64,000 nucleotides of DNA from Desulfuromonadales bacterium (GTDB taxonomy: Bacteria; Desulfobacterota; Desulfuromonadia; Desulfuromonadales; JACZKF01), in the NCBI GenBank assembly GCA_029289095.1, contig JARFUG010000010.1, positions 2,187-66,186 on the forward strand. The letters run 5' to 3'. The translations under genes and the position numbers were made by a program. Under the pieces are notes generated by a model that was given only the letters and a program-made list of their open reading frames with translations, made no database searches and was not told the origin of the DNA. Position 1 is the first letter of the stretch, and each line of letters opens with the position of its first letter. Below, piece after piece: positions 46,396 through 56,396 of the stretch.

Positions 46396-48114
46396 ATGCC
46401 CGTCCAGAACGCCGACATCGCCGAAATTTTCCTCAGAACAGCCGATCTGCTCGAAATCCAGGGGGCCAACCCCTTCAGGGTGCGGGCCTACCGCAGCGCC
46501 GCCCGCACCGTTTCCGAGCATCCGCACAGCCTTTCGGCGCTGCTGCTGGAAGGAAAGAGGCTCCCCAAGCTTCCGGGGATCGGGAAGGACCTGGCGGGGA
46601 AGATCGAGGAAATCGTCGAAACCGGAGCCTGCAGCGCCCTCTCCGAACTCCAGAGGGAGATGCCCGGGGAACTTCCGGAACTCCTTAAACTTGCCGGGCT
46701 GGGCCCGAAGAAGGCGGCGGCTCTCCACCGCGAACTCGGGGTGCAGTCGCTGAGCGATCTCGAAGCTGCCGCCGAGGCCCACCGGATCCGCGCTCTTAAA
46801 GGATTCGGGCCGAAGAGCGAAGAGAAGCTGCTGCGCGCGATCCGTCGCCGCCTCGGCGGAGAGCGGCGCTTCGGGCTGCGCGATGCCGAGCAGGTCGCAC
46901 AATCGCTGATCGGGTGGCTGAAGGGGACCCCAGGAATCGGAGAGGTGGTGGCGGCGGGAAGCTACCGGAGGCGTCTGCAGACGGTGGGGGATCTCGACAT
47001 CCTGGTGACGTGCGAAAGGGGCGAAGAGGCGATGAAGCGCTTCGTCGAATACGATCAGGTGCGGGAGATCGTCGCCCGTGGGGAGACGAAATCGACGGTG
47101 CGGCTTCGCTCTGGCCTGCAGGTCGACCTGCGGGTCGTGCCGGAGCAGAGCTACGGAGCGGCGCTGCACTACTTCACCGGCTCCAAGGCGCACAACATCG
47201 CGCTGCGCCAGATGGCCGTGAAAAAAGGACTCAAGCTCAACGAGTACGGCGTTTTTCGGGACGGCGAGCGCGTGGGAGGCGTCAGCGAGCAGGAAGTCTT
47301 CGCCCTGGCGGGTCTCCCCTATATCGAACCGGAGCTGCGGGAGAACCGGGGAGAGATCGAGGCGGCGCTACAGGGGATGCTCCCCAGCCTGATCGAGCAA
47401 GGGGACATTCTCGGCGACCTGCACGCCCACACCCGGGCGACCGACGGCCGCGCCACCCTCGAGCAGATGGCCGAGGGGGCTCGCAAACGGGGGTACCGCT
47501 ACCTGGCCATCACCGAACACAGCCGCAGCCTCGCCATGGCCCGCGGGCTCGACCCCGAGCGGCTGCGCCGTCAAATGGAGGAGATCGACCGGCTCAACGA
47601 AAAGCTTGGGGATTTCCGGATCTTCAAGAGCATCGAGGTCGATATCCTCGAAGACGGCTCCCTCGATCTTCCCGACGACGTCCTCGGCGAGCTCGATTTC
47701 ACCGTCGGCGCCGTCCATTCCCGGTTCAACCTGTCGCGCCAGGCCCAGACCGAGCGCATCCTGCGGGCCATGGACAACCGCTTCCTCAACATCCTGGCCC
47801 ATCCCACCGGGCGGCTCATCGGCCGGCGCGAACCGTACGAGATCGACATGGAGAAGGTGGTGCGCGGGGCGCTGGAGCGCGGCTGCCATCTCGAGATCAA
47901 CGCCCAGCCCGACCGCCTCGACCTCGACGATGTCCACTGCCGCATGGCCAGGGAGATGGGGGTCAAGCTCGCCCTCTCCACCGACGCTCACGCCCCGGCC
48001 GAATTCGACTTCATGCGCTTCGCCGTCGGTCAGGCCCGTCGCGGCTGGCTGGCCAGGGACGATGTTCTCAACACGCGCTCCGCAGCCGATCTGCTGAAAC
48101 TTCTCAAGAGATAG
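46396..48114 (+). CDS. polX: DNA polymerase X with PHP domain
   Basis: NPFRVRAY, AGSYRR, GDLDIL, YFTGSKAHN and GDLHAHT motifs. Confidence 0.96.
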   Translation: MPVQNADIAEIFLRTADLLEIQGANPFRVRAYRSAARTVSEHPHSLSALLLEGKRLPKLPGIGKDLAGKIEEIVETGACSALSELQREMPGELPELLKLAGLGPKKAAALHRELGVQSLSDLEAAAEAHRIRALKGFGPKSEEKLLRAIRRRLGGERRFGLRDAEQVAQSLIGWLKGTPGIGEVVAAGSYRRRLQTVGDLDILVTCERGEEAMKRFVEYDQVREIVARGETKSTVRLRSGLQVDLRVVPEQSYGAALHYFTGSKAHNIALRQMAVKKGLKLNEYGVFRDGERVGGVSEQEVFALAGLPYIEPELRENRGEIEAALQGMLPSLIEQGDILGDLHAHTRATDGRATLEQMAEGARKRGYRYLAITEHSRSLAMARGLDPERLRRQMEEIDRLNEKLGDFRIFKSIEVDILEDGSLDLPDDVLGELDFTVGAVHSRFNLSRQAQTERILRAMDNRFLNILAHPTGRLIGRREPYEIDMEKVVRGALERGCHLEINAQPDRLDLDDVHCRMAREMGVKLALSTDAHAPAEFDFMRFAVGQARRGWLARDDVLNTRSAADLLKLLKR

Positions 48115-48131
48115 GAGTTCCTGGCAGCCGC

Positions 48132-49355
48132 TCAGAACAAAGCCGCCCGGTCTCCCCGTTTCAGCCAGAGCCAGTCGGCGGCGAGCAGCGCGCCGAATGC
48201 GGCGCAGACCGGAACAAGAACGAGGAGCCAGCCGACAAGGGGGATGAGGAGAAGGAGTTTGATCGCCACCATAATGGCCAGCCCCAGAAGGGCGAGCCTT
48301 CCCCGGCTCCACTCGGCGTAGCGCCGCACCTCCAGCCAGCGCACGAGAACGGCGGCGCTCAGCGGGGCGGCGAAGACCAGAGAGAAAAAATAGAGGAAGA
48401 GGAGAAAGAGCCCCAGGGGAAAACCGATCAGGGTGATCATGAGCAGAAGAGCCAGGGGGGGAGTGGCGAGGAAATAGAGGAATCCGATCCCCGTTTTCGG
48501 CCAGAAGGAGCCCGCCAGGCGGGTCCCCGCCAGGCGGGTGAAACCGGGAGCCAGAAACGTCAGCAGGAGAACGGTCACCGCTCCGGAGAAAAAGGACAGG
48601 GCCACCCAGACAGTCAGAATCCATCGGCCCGCCTCCCGGGCGCTGTACCGGGGCGCCTCGGCGCGCAGGTCCTCGCGGAAAACGGCGCGGGCATTGGTGG
48701 CGAGCGCCGGGCCGAAATCGATCTCCCCCTCGGGGCGCCAGTATCCCACATCGGCGTCGAAGCGCACGGCCGGACCGAGGTCGACGTTTTCCCCGACGAA
48801 AACGGCTGGTCCTGCGAAACGCCCATCGAGTTCCAGGTCGCGTCCCCGCAGTTGCGCCGTCCCCGCAACCTCGCCGCTGAACGCGATCCGTCCTCCCGTC
48901 GCCCGCAAATCTCCTTCGACGATGCCGTCGATGACAACCTCTCCCCCTGCCGCCAGCAGGCTTCCCCTCACCCGGACCCCGGGGCCGACGACCACCCGCC
49001 CTCCCGCCACGACCAGGTCGCCGTCAACCGCACCGTTGACCGTGACGCTCCCTCCGGCGCCGCGCACGTTCCCCCCGACCGGCGCATTGACGACCACCTC
49101 GCCCCCCGCGGCCAGAAGATCGCGCCCCACCGGAGCGTTGACCAGAACGCTCCCCCCCGCCAGAACGCCGTCGGCCTGCAGCCTCTCGTTGATGACGACC
49201 CTGCCGGCGAAAAGATAGGCGTTTTCCGAAACGGGCGAAGTCACGAAGATCTCCTGCCCTGCTCCGATCGACGCTTCGGCGGAGAAGAAGGGGAGGAAGA
49301 GTCCCGTAGCCAGAAGGAGAATCGGAATACTTTGGAAACGCCGCATGGCAGGCAT
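48132..49355 (-). CDS. Bactofilin-like beta-helix repeat membrane protein
   Basis: Signal peptide, repeated AAGGEVVVNAPVGG units, C-terminal TM bundle. Confidence 0.75.
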   Translation of the reverse strand: MPAMRRFQSIPILLLATGLFLPFFSAEASIGAGQEIFVTSPVSENAYLFAGRVVINERLQADGVLAGGSVLVNAPVGRDLLAAGGEVVVNAPVGGNVRGAGGSVTVNGAVDGDLVVAGGRVVVGPGVRVRGSLLAAGGEVVIDGIVEGDLRATGGRIAFSGEVAGTAQLRGRDLELDGRFAGPAVFVGENVDLGPAVRFDADVGYWRPEGEIDFGPALATNARAVFREDLRAEAPRYSAREAGRWILTVWVALSFFSGAVTVLLLTFLAPGFTRLAGTRLAGSFWPKTGIGFLYFLATPPLALLLMITLIGFPLGLFLLFLYFFSLVFAAPLSAAVLVRWLEVRRYAEWSRGRLALLGLAIMVAIKLLLLIPLVGWLLVLVPVCAAFGALLAADWLWLKRGDRAALF

Positions 49356-49582
49356 CGCTCCTCGACTGCCGGTACAGCTCGCGAACACTCTACGGGAAGC
49401 AAAGAGAACTATACCCCAGTGCGCCTCGTGCGCCAGCGCCCCCGGCATCCTGAACGACAGGCTCCCTTCCCTGCAGATAAAGATTTCCATTTCCCCGGGG
49501 ATATGGCAGGCTTCGCCGAAGACAGGGAGAAGCCCATGTGCGGTTCTCCGAATTTTCTCAGGCATCACTCTGGGGCGCAGCG

Positions 49583-50794
49583 ATGGATGCAGTCATACTG
49601 TTTGTATTTCTCGGTGTCTATCTGGGAATGGTCCTGGGAAGAATCCCGGGGCTGGCTCTGGACCGCACGGGGGTGGCACTGCTGGGCGCCATCGCGCTGC
49701 TGGCGCTGGGGAAGGTGGAGCTTGAGGAGGCCTGGACGGCCATCGACGTGCCGACGATCGCCCTTCTCTTCGGGCTGATGGTCATTTCGGCGCAGTTTCG
49801 GATGGGAGGGTTCTACACCGCCGTAACCCGCCGACTGGCCGGCGCCGAAGTCGCGCCGCCGGTGCTGCTGGCGCTTCTGGTCGCCGCCGCCGGTCTTCTG
49901 TCGGCGCTGCTGGCCAACGACATCGTCTGCCTTGCCATGGCGCCGGTTCTGGCCGAGGGGTGCGCCCGCCGTGGTCTCGATCCGAAGCCTTTCCTGCTGG
50001 CGCTGGCCTGTGCGGCCAATGTCGGCTCGGCGGCCACCCTCATCGGCAATCCGCAGAACATGCTCATCGGTCAGGCCCTCGACCTTTCCTTTGCCGGCTA
50101 CCTACCGGCCGGCGGGGTTCCGGCGATACTGGGACTTGCAGCGACGTGGTGGGTGATCCGCCGGTTGACCGGCGACCGGTGGAAGCGGGAGGTCGTCATC
50201 GAGCCGGTGCACGCTCCCCCTCTGGATTCGTGGCAGAGCGGCAAGGGGATCGTCCTGCTGTCGCTGCTGGTCGCCGCCTTTCTCTTCACCCCCTGGCTCC
50301 GGGAAATCCTGGCACTTGGCGCCGCCGGAGTGCTGCTGATGAGCCGGCGCATGCATACCCGCCACATGCTGGGGCTGGTCGACTGGCAGTTGCTCGTCCT
50401 CTTCATCGGGCTCTTCGTGGTCAACCATGCCCTGGCCGCCTCGGGAATGCTCGCGGCGGCGATGAGCGCCCTGAGCGGCGTCGGCATAGAGCTGGCGAAC
50501 CCGGCCTGGCTTTTTGCCGTCACCATCCCCCTGTCCAATCTCGTCTCCAACGTGCCGGCGGTCATGCTCCTTCTGCCGGCGGCCGAGCATCCGCTGGCCG
50601 GACCGGTCCTCGCCCTGGCGAGCACGCTGGCCGGCAATCTCTTCATCGTCGGCAGCATCGCCAACATCATCGTCGTCGATCAGGCCGCGCGCCTCGGGAT
50701 CGTCATCACCTGGCGCGAGCACGCCCGCATCGGCGTGCCGGTGACGGTCCTCACCCTTGCCATCGCGGCCGGCTGGCTCCTGCTTCTCGCCTGA
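49583..50794 (+). CDS. ArsB/NhaD (CitMHS) anion transporter
   Basis: LDRTG, ANDIVC, GSAATLIGNPQN, NLVSNVP and GSIANII motifs. Confidence 0.9.
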   Translation: MDAVILFVFLGVYLGMVLGRIPGLALDRTGVALLGAIALLALGKVELEEAWTAIDVPTIALLFGLMVISAQFRMGGFYTAVTRRLAGAEVAPPVLLALLVAAAGLLSALLANDIVCLAMAPVLAEGCARRGLDPKPFLLALACAANVGSAATLIGNPQNMLIGQALDLSFAGYLPAGGVPAILGLAATWWVIRRLTGDRWKREVVIEPVHAPPLDSWQSGKGIVLLSLLVAAFLFTPWLREILALGAAGVLLMSRRMHTRHMLGLVDWQLLVLFIGLFVVNHALAASGMLAAAMSALSGVGIELANPAWLFAVTIPLSNLVSNVPAVMLLLPAAEHPLAGPVLALASTLAGNLFIVGSIANIIVVDQAARLGIVITWREHARIGVPVTVLTLAIAAGWLLLLA

Positions 50795-50812
50795 AGAGGC
50801 CGCGCAAATGAA

Positions 50813-50848
50813 AACGAAGAAGCCGCCCCGAAAGGGCGGCTTCTTCGT
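50813..50848. terminator. Bidirectional terminator
   Basis: AACGAAGAAGCCGCCC-CGAAA-GGGCGGCTTCTTCGTT. Confidence 0.8.
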
Positions 50849-50890
50849 TGATGGCGCCTGGCGTCGGAGAGTCTCGGCGCCCGGTGTGCG

Positions 50891-51625
50891 TCAGAGCGAT
50901 CCGAAGACCCGTCTGAGCAACTCCGTCGTCCGTTTTGCCGGATTCCGGCGGATGGCCGCCTCCTCCTGTGCCAGGTAGTGGAAAATCCCCGCCATCCCCT
51001 GCTCGACCACATATCCGGTCAGATCGGTTCTGATCTCCGGAGCATAGGGGATCGCGGTGACTTGCGCGACGACCTGATTGTAGGCGCGCACCGCCCCGAC
51101 TTCGTTCAGACTCTGGTCGACGACAGGGCGCATGGCGGCGGCCAGGGCTGGGGTCATCTTGCGCTCGAAGTAGCGCGTTGCGGCGTCATCAGGCCCCCTG
51201 AATATGGCATGCACATCCTGAATCGTCATCTCACGGATCGCCTGCCAGAAAAGCTCTTTGGCCTTGGGCGTGGCGGCCTCTGCGGCCCGGTTGAGGCGCA
51301 GTTCGAGATCGTTGAACAGCGCGGCCATTCCGACCCTTGCCGCCATATCCCGGGCGGCCGCGAGTCTGGGTGGAAGGGGAATGCGGATGGCCGGGTCGGC
51401 GTTGAAGCCGTCCTGGCGTCCGAGCTGCGCCGTCACCCGATCGGTCCCGACCCGCAGCGTCTCTCTCAGACCGGCGTCGATCTCCTGAAGCGACAGAGCG
51501 CCGTCATCGCGAGGCCCGTTGCCGATCTGATCGAGAACCCGCTGCCAGTCAGTTCCAGCGCACCCTCCAAGAAAAATCATCAGGGCGAGGAAAATACAGA
51601 AGCATGTCGTACGTCGGTGATTCAT
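50891..51625 (-). CDS. DUF4197 family lipoprotein
   Basis: LGGC lipobox, GLRETL, IRIPLP, LNRAAE and EEAAIRRNP motifs. Confidence 0.9.
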   Translation of the reverse strand: MNHRRTTCFCIFLALMIFLGGCAGTDWQRVLDQIGNGPRDDGALSLQEIDAGLRETLRVGTDRVTAQLGRQDGFNADPAIRIPLPPRLAAARDMAARVGMAALFNDLELRLNRAAEAATPKAKELFWQAIREMTIQDVHAIFRGPDDAATRYFERKMTPALAAAMRPVVDQSLNEVGAVRAYNQVVAQVTAIPYAPEIRTDLTGYVVEQGMAGIFHYLAQEEAAIRRNPAKRTTELLRRVFGSL

Positions 51626-51640
51626 AACCCGATCCGAAAA

Positions 51641-51868
51641 TCAGAACAGAGCAATTCCCCGGAAGGCGGAGACGAGGCAAAACCCGCCGAAGGCCAGCGG
51701 AAGGCCGATGTAGAAGACCCCGTGAACGATCGTGCCCCCCTTATCGCCCAGCACCGCCTGCAGCCGCTCATGCTTTTTCAGTTTCGCCGGATTCGTCACT
51801 CTGAGAGCGAGGGTGAACAAGGCGAACCCCAACGCCAGAGCGCCTATGAGAGTTGTCGGAATATCCAT
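51641..51868 (-). CDS. Small two-TM membrane protein
   Basis: MDIPTTLIGALALGF..., two hydrophobic helices. Confidence 0.65.
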   Translation of the reverse strand: MDIPTTLIGALALGFALFTLALRVTNPAKLKKHERLQAVLGDKGGTIVHGVFYIGLPLAFGGFCLVSAFRGIALF

Positions 51869-52150
51869 TTTGCAAACAACCTTTTCTGCAAGAAGACATC
51901 GGCGTTGTCGCTGCGGCAGCACGCCGAAAGGAAATGCGATTCCCGGTGCACACGCACCGGCCCTGAATCAGCTATTTCTAGCAGAACCCCGAACTGCGAT
52001 CCACAAGAATCGGGACATGGGGTCCAGCAAACAGAAACTTCGTCTACTTGCGATCGGCGAGAGCGACGGGGCCTGAACGGGAGCTGTGGCGAATTGATGC
52101 TCCTTCCCGCCACGTGGCGCCGATGATGAACCGGTCCGCGCTGTCCCGGT

Positions 52151-52870
52151 TCACTCTTTCGCCCTCATGTGGAAGCGCATCTTCACGCCTCCGATTTCGA
52201 TCTCATCGCCTTCTTCGAGCAGAACTCCCTCGTTCACCTTTTGGCCGTTGATGATGATCGTTCTGCTGCTGTCGGGCGGAATCAGGGTGTAAAGGTCACG
52301 GTCCCGCGCGACGAAACCTCCGATTTTCGATCCCTGCAGCCCATCCAGCTTCACCCCCGCCCCCTCATGCTTGCCGATCAGGGTGAGGCGATCGGTCAGC
52401 TCGAATTCGCACTGCCCGGCTTCGCCTTCGAACACGGTGAACACACCGATCGTCTCCCTGCGCAGAGTTGATGTCCCCCCGGCGGCGGCTTTGACGAGGC
52501 GCTCCCGATGAGCCCTGGTATCGAGAATCATCGTCTGATCGAGCCCCGAACCGGTCGGATCGGGTGCGGCTCCGGCCTCTCCATCACCCAGGAAGAATAC
52601 GAGGGTATGCTTTCCGATGGTCACGGCATCGTTGTCGTTGAGAACCACTCGGGTGATGCGTCGGTCGTTGATGAAGGTCCCGTTTGTGCTTTTCAGGTCC
52701 TCGATGCAGTAGCCTGCCGGGCTCTTTTCGACTCGCGCGTGGAAGTTCGATACCGCAAGGTTGTCGATCTGGATGTCGTTCCCGGCGTTGCGGCCGATGC
52801 TGAGGCTGTCCTTGTCTATGTCGACGACCTTGAGGACCGAATTGTTGAATTTAACGTGTATCTTGGCCAT
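52151..52870 (-). CDS. Double FHA-domain protein
   Basis: SIGR, VSNFHA and DLKSTNGTFIN in the first FHA, plus a degenerate second FHA. Confidence 0.9.
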   Translation of the reverse strand: MAKIHVKFNNSVLKVVDIDKDSLSIGRNAGNDIQIDNLAVSNFHARVEKSPAGYCIEDLKSTNGTFINDRRITRVVLNDNDAVTIGKHTLVFFLGDGEAGAAPDPTGSGLDQTMILDTRAHRERLVKAAAGGTSTLRRETIGVFTVFEGEAGQCEFELTDRLTLIGKHEGAGVKLDGLQGSKIGGFVARDRDLYTLIPPDSSRTIIINGQKVNEGVLLEEGDEIEIGGVKMRFHMRAKE

Positions 52871-53684
52871 GAATGTGCTCCTTCCCTGCGATGGAAAACG
52901 CTCCCTTCAATTTTGAACGCCAGTCTGCGGGATCACAGCAGACCAGGATCACGGTAATATTGTCGTGTCCACCGCTTTGGTTCGCCAGGTTGATCAGGCT
53001 TCTGACCGCTATCTTTGCAGGATAGCTCGAGAGGACGGCGTGGATGACCGGATCGGGAACCATGTCCGTCAAACCGTCGGTGCAAAGAAGAAGCCGGTCG
53101 CCCTGGCGCAGTTCGATCTCGGTGAGGCTCACCTCGACCTGCGCAGAGACTCCGAGCGCTCGGGTCACGATGTTTTTCCGACTGTACTGCTGGGCTCCTT
53201 CCGGGGTGAGCACTCCCGTGCTCACCAGTTCGGCGGCAAGGGTATGGTCCTGTGTCACCGGCGTCAGGGACTCGCGCAGGAGGTAGACGCGACTGTCGCC
53301 CACATGGGCGATGCAGGCCCGGCTGCCGGCGCACCAGACGGCAGCGACCGTCGTCCCCATCCCTCTCCGGGATGGATCGTTCTCCCCCTCGCGCAGGATC
53401 AACAGGTTGGCGGCGCGAAGCGCGGAAGCGAGGACGTTGGCCATCGCCGAGCGGTTCGGATCGCTGTCGTCGCAAAGCGGCGCCGAGCCGCTCAATGTGC
53501 TTCGGACATGTTTCTCGATCGCCTCGACCGCCATTCGGCTGGCGACATCCCCCGCCGGCCGTCCGCCGATACCGTCGGCGACGACAAAAAGTGAAAGATC
53601 CCGGACGATGCCGAAAGAGTCCTCGTTGCGCTCCCGGGTGATCCCCCGGTCGGTCTGACCGAACGCCTGCAGCACCATGCTCAC
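52851..53684 (-). CDS. PP2C Ser/Thr phosphatase (Stp1/PrpC)
   Basis: NEDS, VADGIGG, GMGTT, HVGDSR, CTDGL and GGHDNIT motifs. Confidence 0.95.
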   Translation of the reverse strand: MSMVLQAFGQTDRGITRERNEDSFGIVRDLSLFVVADGIGGRPAGDVASRMAVEAIEKHVRSTLSGSAPLCDDSDPNRSAMANVLASALRAANLLILREGENDPSRRGMGTTVAAVWCAGSRACIAHVGDSRVYLLRESLTPVTQDHTLAAELVSTGVLTPEGAQQYSRKNIVTRALGVSAQVEVSLTEIELRQGDRLLLCTDGLTDMVPDPVIHAVLSSYPAKIAVRSLINLANQSGGHDNITVILVCCDPADWRSKLKGAFSIAGKEHIHGQDTR

Positions 53685-56191
53685 CCGATCTCCTTCAGGC
53701 AGAGCCGCAGCTTCTCTGCTGCGACGGCGGCCGACCGGAAACGGCGGGCGGGGGACTTGGCCAAAAGCCTGTCGACGATTTCCACACAGCAGGGTGGAAC
53801 TGCGGGGGCGACTTCGACCAGGGAACGATATGCGCCCTTGTCGATGCTGTACATGAGGGCGGCCAGGTTTTCCCCCTGAAAAGGCCTGGCGCCGCTGAGC
53901 AGTTCGTACAGGACGACTCCCAGAGAAAAGAGATCGGAGCGCCCGTCGACCTTCTTTCCCGAGACCTGCTCGGGCGACATGTAGTAGGGCGTTCCGAGCA
54001 GAGTGCCGGTCTGGGTATGGGAGCTGTTCAGGATCCGGGCGATGCCGAAATCGGTCATCTTGACGGCGCCGCTCCCCAGAAGCATGATGTTGGCCGGCTT
54101 GACGTCGCGGTGAACGACATCGTGTGCGTGGGCGTACTCGAGGGCGTCGGCGATTTGCGCCGCAATCTCGAGCACTCTTCGCACGGGCAGCAGGTTGTCT
54201 TCACGGCAATGCGCGCACAGATCGGCGCCGTCCAGATATTCCATGGCGAAATAGGCCATGTCATGCTCTTCGCCCGCGTCGAAGATCGTGACGATATTCG
54301 GATGGTTCAGCCGCCCCGCCGCTTCGGCCTCCCGGAAGAAACGGCTCTTGACCTCCTCCAGGTGCTCCGCCTCGATCGAATCGTAGGGGAGCGTCTTGAT
54401 CGCCACCTTGCGGTTGATGGTCGGATCGTTGCCCAGGTAGACGGTCCCCATCGCTCCCTGACCGATCTCCCGGACGATTTCGTAGCGCCCGAGGGTCGGC
54501 CGGGCGGCGCCGTCCAGCTTGCCTTTTCGGCCCCCTGCGCCCGACCCGAGAGCAATGGTCCGCTCCGCGCTCGCGAGGCTCTCCATCCTCTGTCTGGCAT
54601 CGCGAAACTTCCCCCCGCGAAGAAGGTGGGCATAAACGGCCTCCGCCTTGTTGAACATCCGTTTGCGTTCGAAATCGAGACCCAGGTTGTACAGGAGCTC
54701 GCGGACGGACGGATCGGCGACGGGGCATTTCTTGAATTTCTCCAGGGCCAGATCGAGCATCCCCTGCCCCTGCAGGGCAACGCCCAGCATCTTGAGGTCC
54801 TCGAAGTTTCCCGGATGGACGAAAGTGAGGCGTCGCAGGTGCACCGAGGCCAGACCGAGCACGATCAGCAGGGCCGGCGCGGCCGTCTTGAGCCAGAATC
54901 CCTTGGTGACGAGAAGGGCGGCGGCGACCCCGAACCAGATCGCCAGGAGACTCCCCATCATCAGCAGGCCGGGGAGCGGCCGGATACGGGGGATGACGAG
55001 AGCCAGGAAGAGCGCGATCTGGAGAAGAAAGAGAAGTTCGACGTAGAAAGTCCACCCCGGCCGGGAGAGGTGCCTGGGCGCAAGAAGGCTGGCAAGAGCA
55101 TGGGCGGCGATCTCCACGCCGGCGAGTTCCTCGCCCAGGGAGGCGCCGTGTCTCGGCGCGGCTTCCGGGGCCGTTACACCAATCAGCACGGCCTTGTTGC
55201 GGAAGCTCTCCGGCGATACCCGGCCCTGCGCAACGCGGCTGAAGGGATAGACGCTGAACGCCTCGCCGGTTCGATCGAAAGCGATCGGCAGCCGGAATCC
55301 ACGGTCGACGGGGATCTGCACAGGCCCCACGCCGATGCGATGGATGCCGTCCTCCCCCTCATGCAGTCGCCAGTCTGCCGGCGGGGCATCGTACAAGGCC
55401 GCCGCCATCTGCAGAGTGAAGGAGGGATAAAGACGCTCGCCAAGACGCATCATGAGAGTGTCGAAGCGGACGCGACCGTCGGGATCGGGGAAGTAGTTGA
55501 TATGACCGAGGCAGGCGACGCGTTCTGTCAGTTCGGCCAGGGGCAGAAGAGCTCCCGAGGCGGTCGTGACCGTATCCCGGCCGCCCTCCAGGGGATTGGC
55601 CAGAGATCGAAGGGCGCGCTCCCAAGAAAAGGGGCTCAGGCTCCACGCCAGAGAGCTTTGCCGCAACAACAAAGAGGGGTCGAAGGCGTCGGCATCCTCT
55701 TGTGCGAAGGTGAACAGGAGAGGGAGCACAGGTCTGGGGGCATGTCGCAAGGCCGTCGCGAGTTTCGAATCGCCGTCGCTACGCGCCTCGGCCTGATCAA
55801 GGATGTCGGTGAGAAGAAACGCATCGGCCAAGGGCAGATGGTCGATTTCCCGGCGCAAATTTCGGATTTCCTGCAACCCGGGATTCTGCTCCCGATCGGC
55901 GAACAGGGGAAACAACCCGACTGCCCAGGCGCCGGAGGCGCTCAGATGCTCGACCATGTCGGCCATAACGGCGCGGGGCCAGGGCCAGTCCCCCAAGGCT
56001 GCGAGGCTCTCGGAATCTATGGCCACAACCGCCAGCGGCGCCGGCTCTCCCCCCTGATGAAACCGCTGCATCTGATCGAAGAGCCGCCCCTCGAGAACCC
56101 GCACGGGCGCCGCTTCCCACAGCGATCCGACCAGAACCCCGAGGGTCAGAGCCAGACATACAAAGGAATTGGACAGGAAAAGTCTTTTCAC
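53681..56191 (-). CDS. CHASE2-domain Hanks-type Ser/Thr kinase
   Basis: LGDWPWPR CHASE2 domain, three TMs, kinase motifs GQGAMG, VAIK, HRDVKPAN, DFG and YMSPEQ. Confidence 0.95.
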   Translation of the reverse strand: MKRLFLSNSFVCLALTLGVLVGSLWEAAPVRVLEGRLFDQMQRFHQGGEPAPLAVVAIDSESLAALGDWPWPRAVMADMVEHLSASGAWAVGLFPLFADREQNPGLQEIRNLRREIDHLPLADAFLLTDILDQAEARSDGDSKLATALRHAPRPVLPLLFTFAQEDADAFDPSLLLRQSSLAWSLSPFSWERALRSLANPLEGGRDTVTTASGALLPLAELTERVACLGHINYFPDPDGRVRFDTLMMRLGERLYPSFTLQMAAALYDAPPADWRLHEGEDGIHRIGVGPVQIPVDRGFRLPIAFDRTGEAFSVYPFSRVAQGRVSPESFRNKAVLIGVTAPEAAPRHGASLGEELAGVEIAAHALASLLAPRHLSRPGWTFYVELLFLLQIALFLALVIPRIRPLPGLLMMGSLLAIWFGVAAALLVTKGFWLKTAAPALLIVLGLASVHLRRLTFVHPGNFEDLKMLGVALQGQGMLDLALEKFKKCPVADPSVRELLYNLGLDFERKRMFNKAEAVYAHLLRGGKFRDARQRMESLASAERTIALGSGAGGRKGKLDGAARPTLGRYEIVREIGQGAMGTVYLGNDPTINRKVAIKTLPYDSIEAEHLEEVKSRFFREAEAAGRLNHPNIVTIFDAGEEHDMAYFAMEYLDGADLCAHCREDNLLPVRRVLEIAAQIADALEYAHAHDVVHRDVKPANIMLLGSGAVKMTDFGIARILNSSHTQTGTLLGTPYYMSPEQVSGKKVDGRSDLFSLGVVLYELLSGARPFQGENLAALMYSIDKGAYRSLVEVAPAVPPCCVEIVDRLLAKSPARRFRSAAVAAEKLRLCLKEIG

Positions 56192-56303
56192 CGGCGATCA
56201 TGGGGAAACTTGCGCAGAAACACTCATCCAGCCGCGACGGCGGGATCGCTCATATCCTTATCTATTGCAAAATAGAGTCCAATGAAAAGGAATTCTGGAA
56301 AAT

Positions 56304-56345
56304 AAAAAACCGTTCGCCCGGAGATCCGGCTACGAACGGCTTTTC
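56304..56345 (-). terminator. Terminator after Fe-ADH
   Basis: AAAAACCGTTCG..CGAACGGCTTTT dyad. Confidence 0.6.
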
Positions 56346-56396
56346 AGTTCCTGTCCCTGCGGCGCTTGCCCGCAAATGTATTTATCGTCGCACAGC

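Noticed and set aside
51895-52150. Small hairpins in the intergenic region downstream of the FHA gene
   Set aside because: Short GC-rich stems with no repeat copy or known RNA motif.
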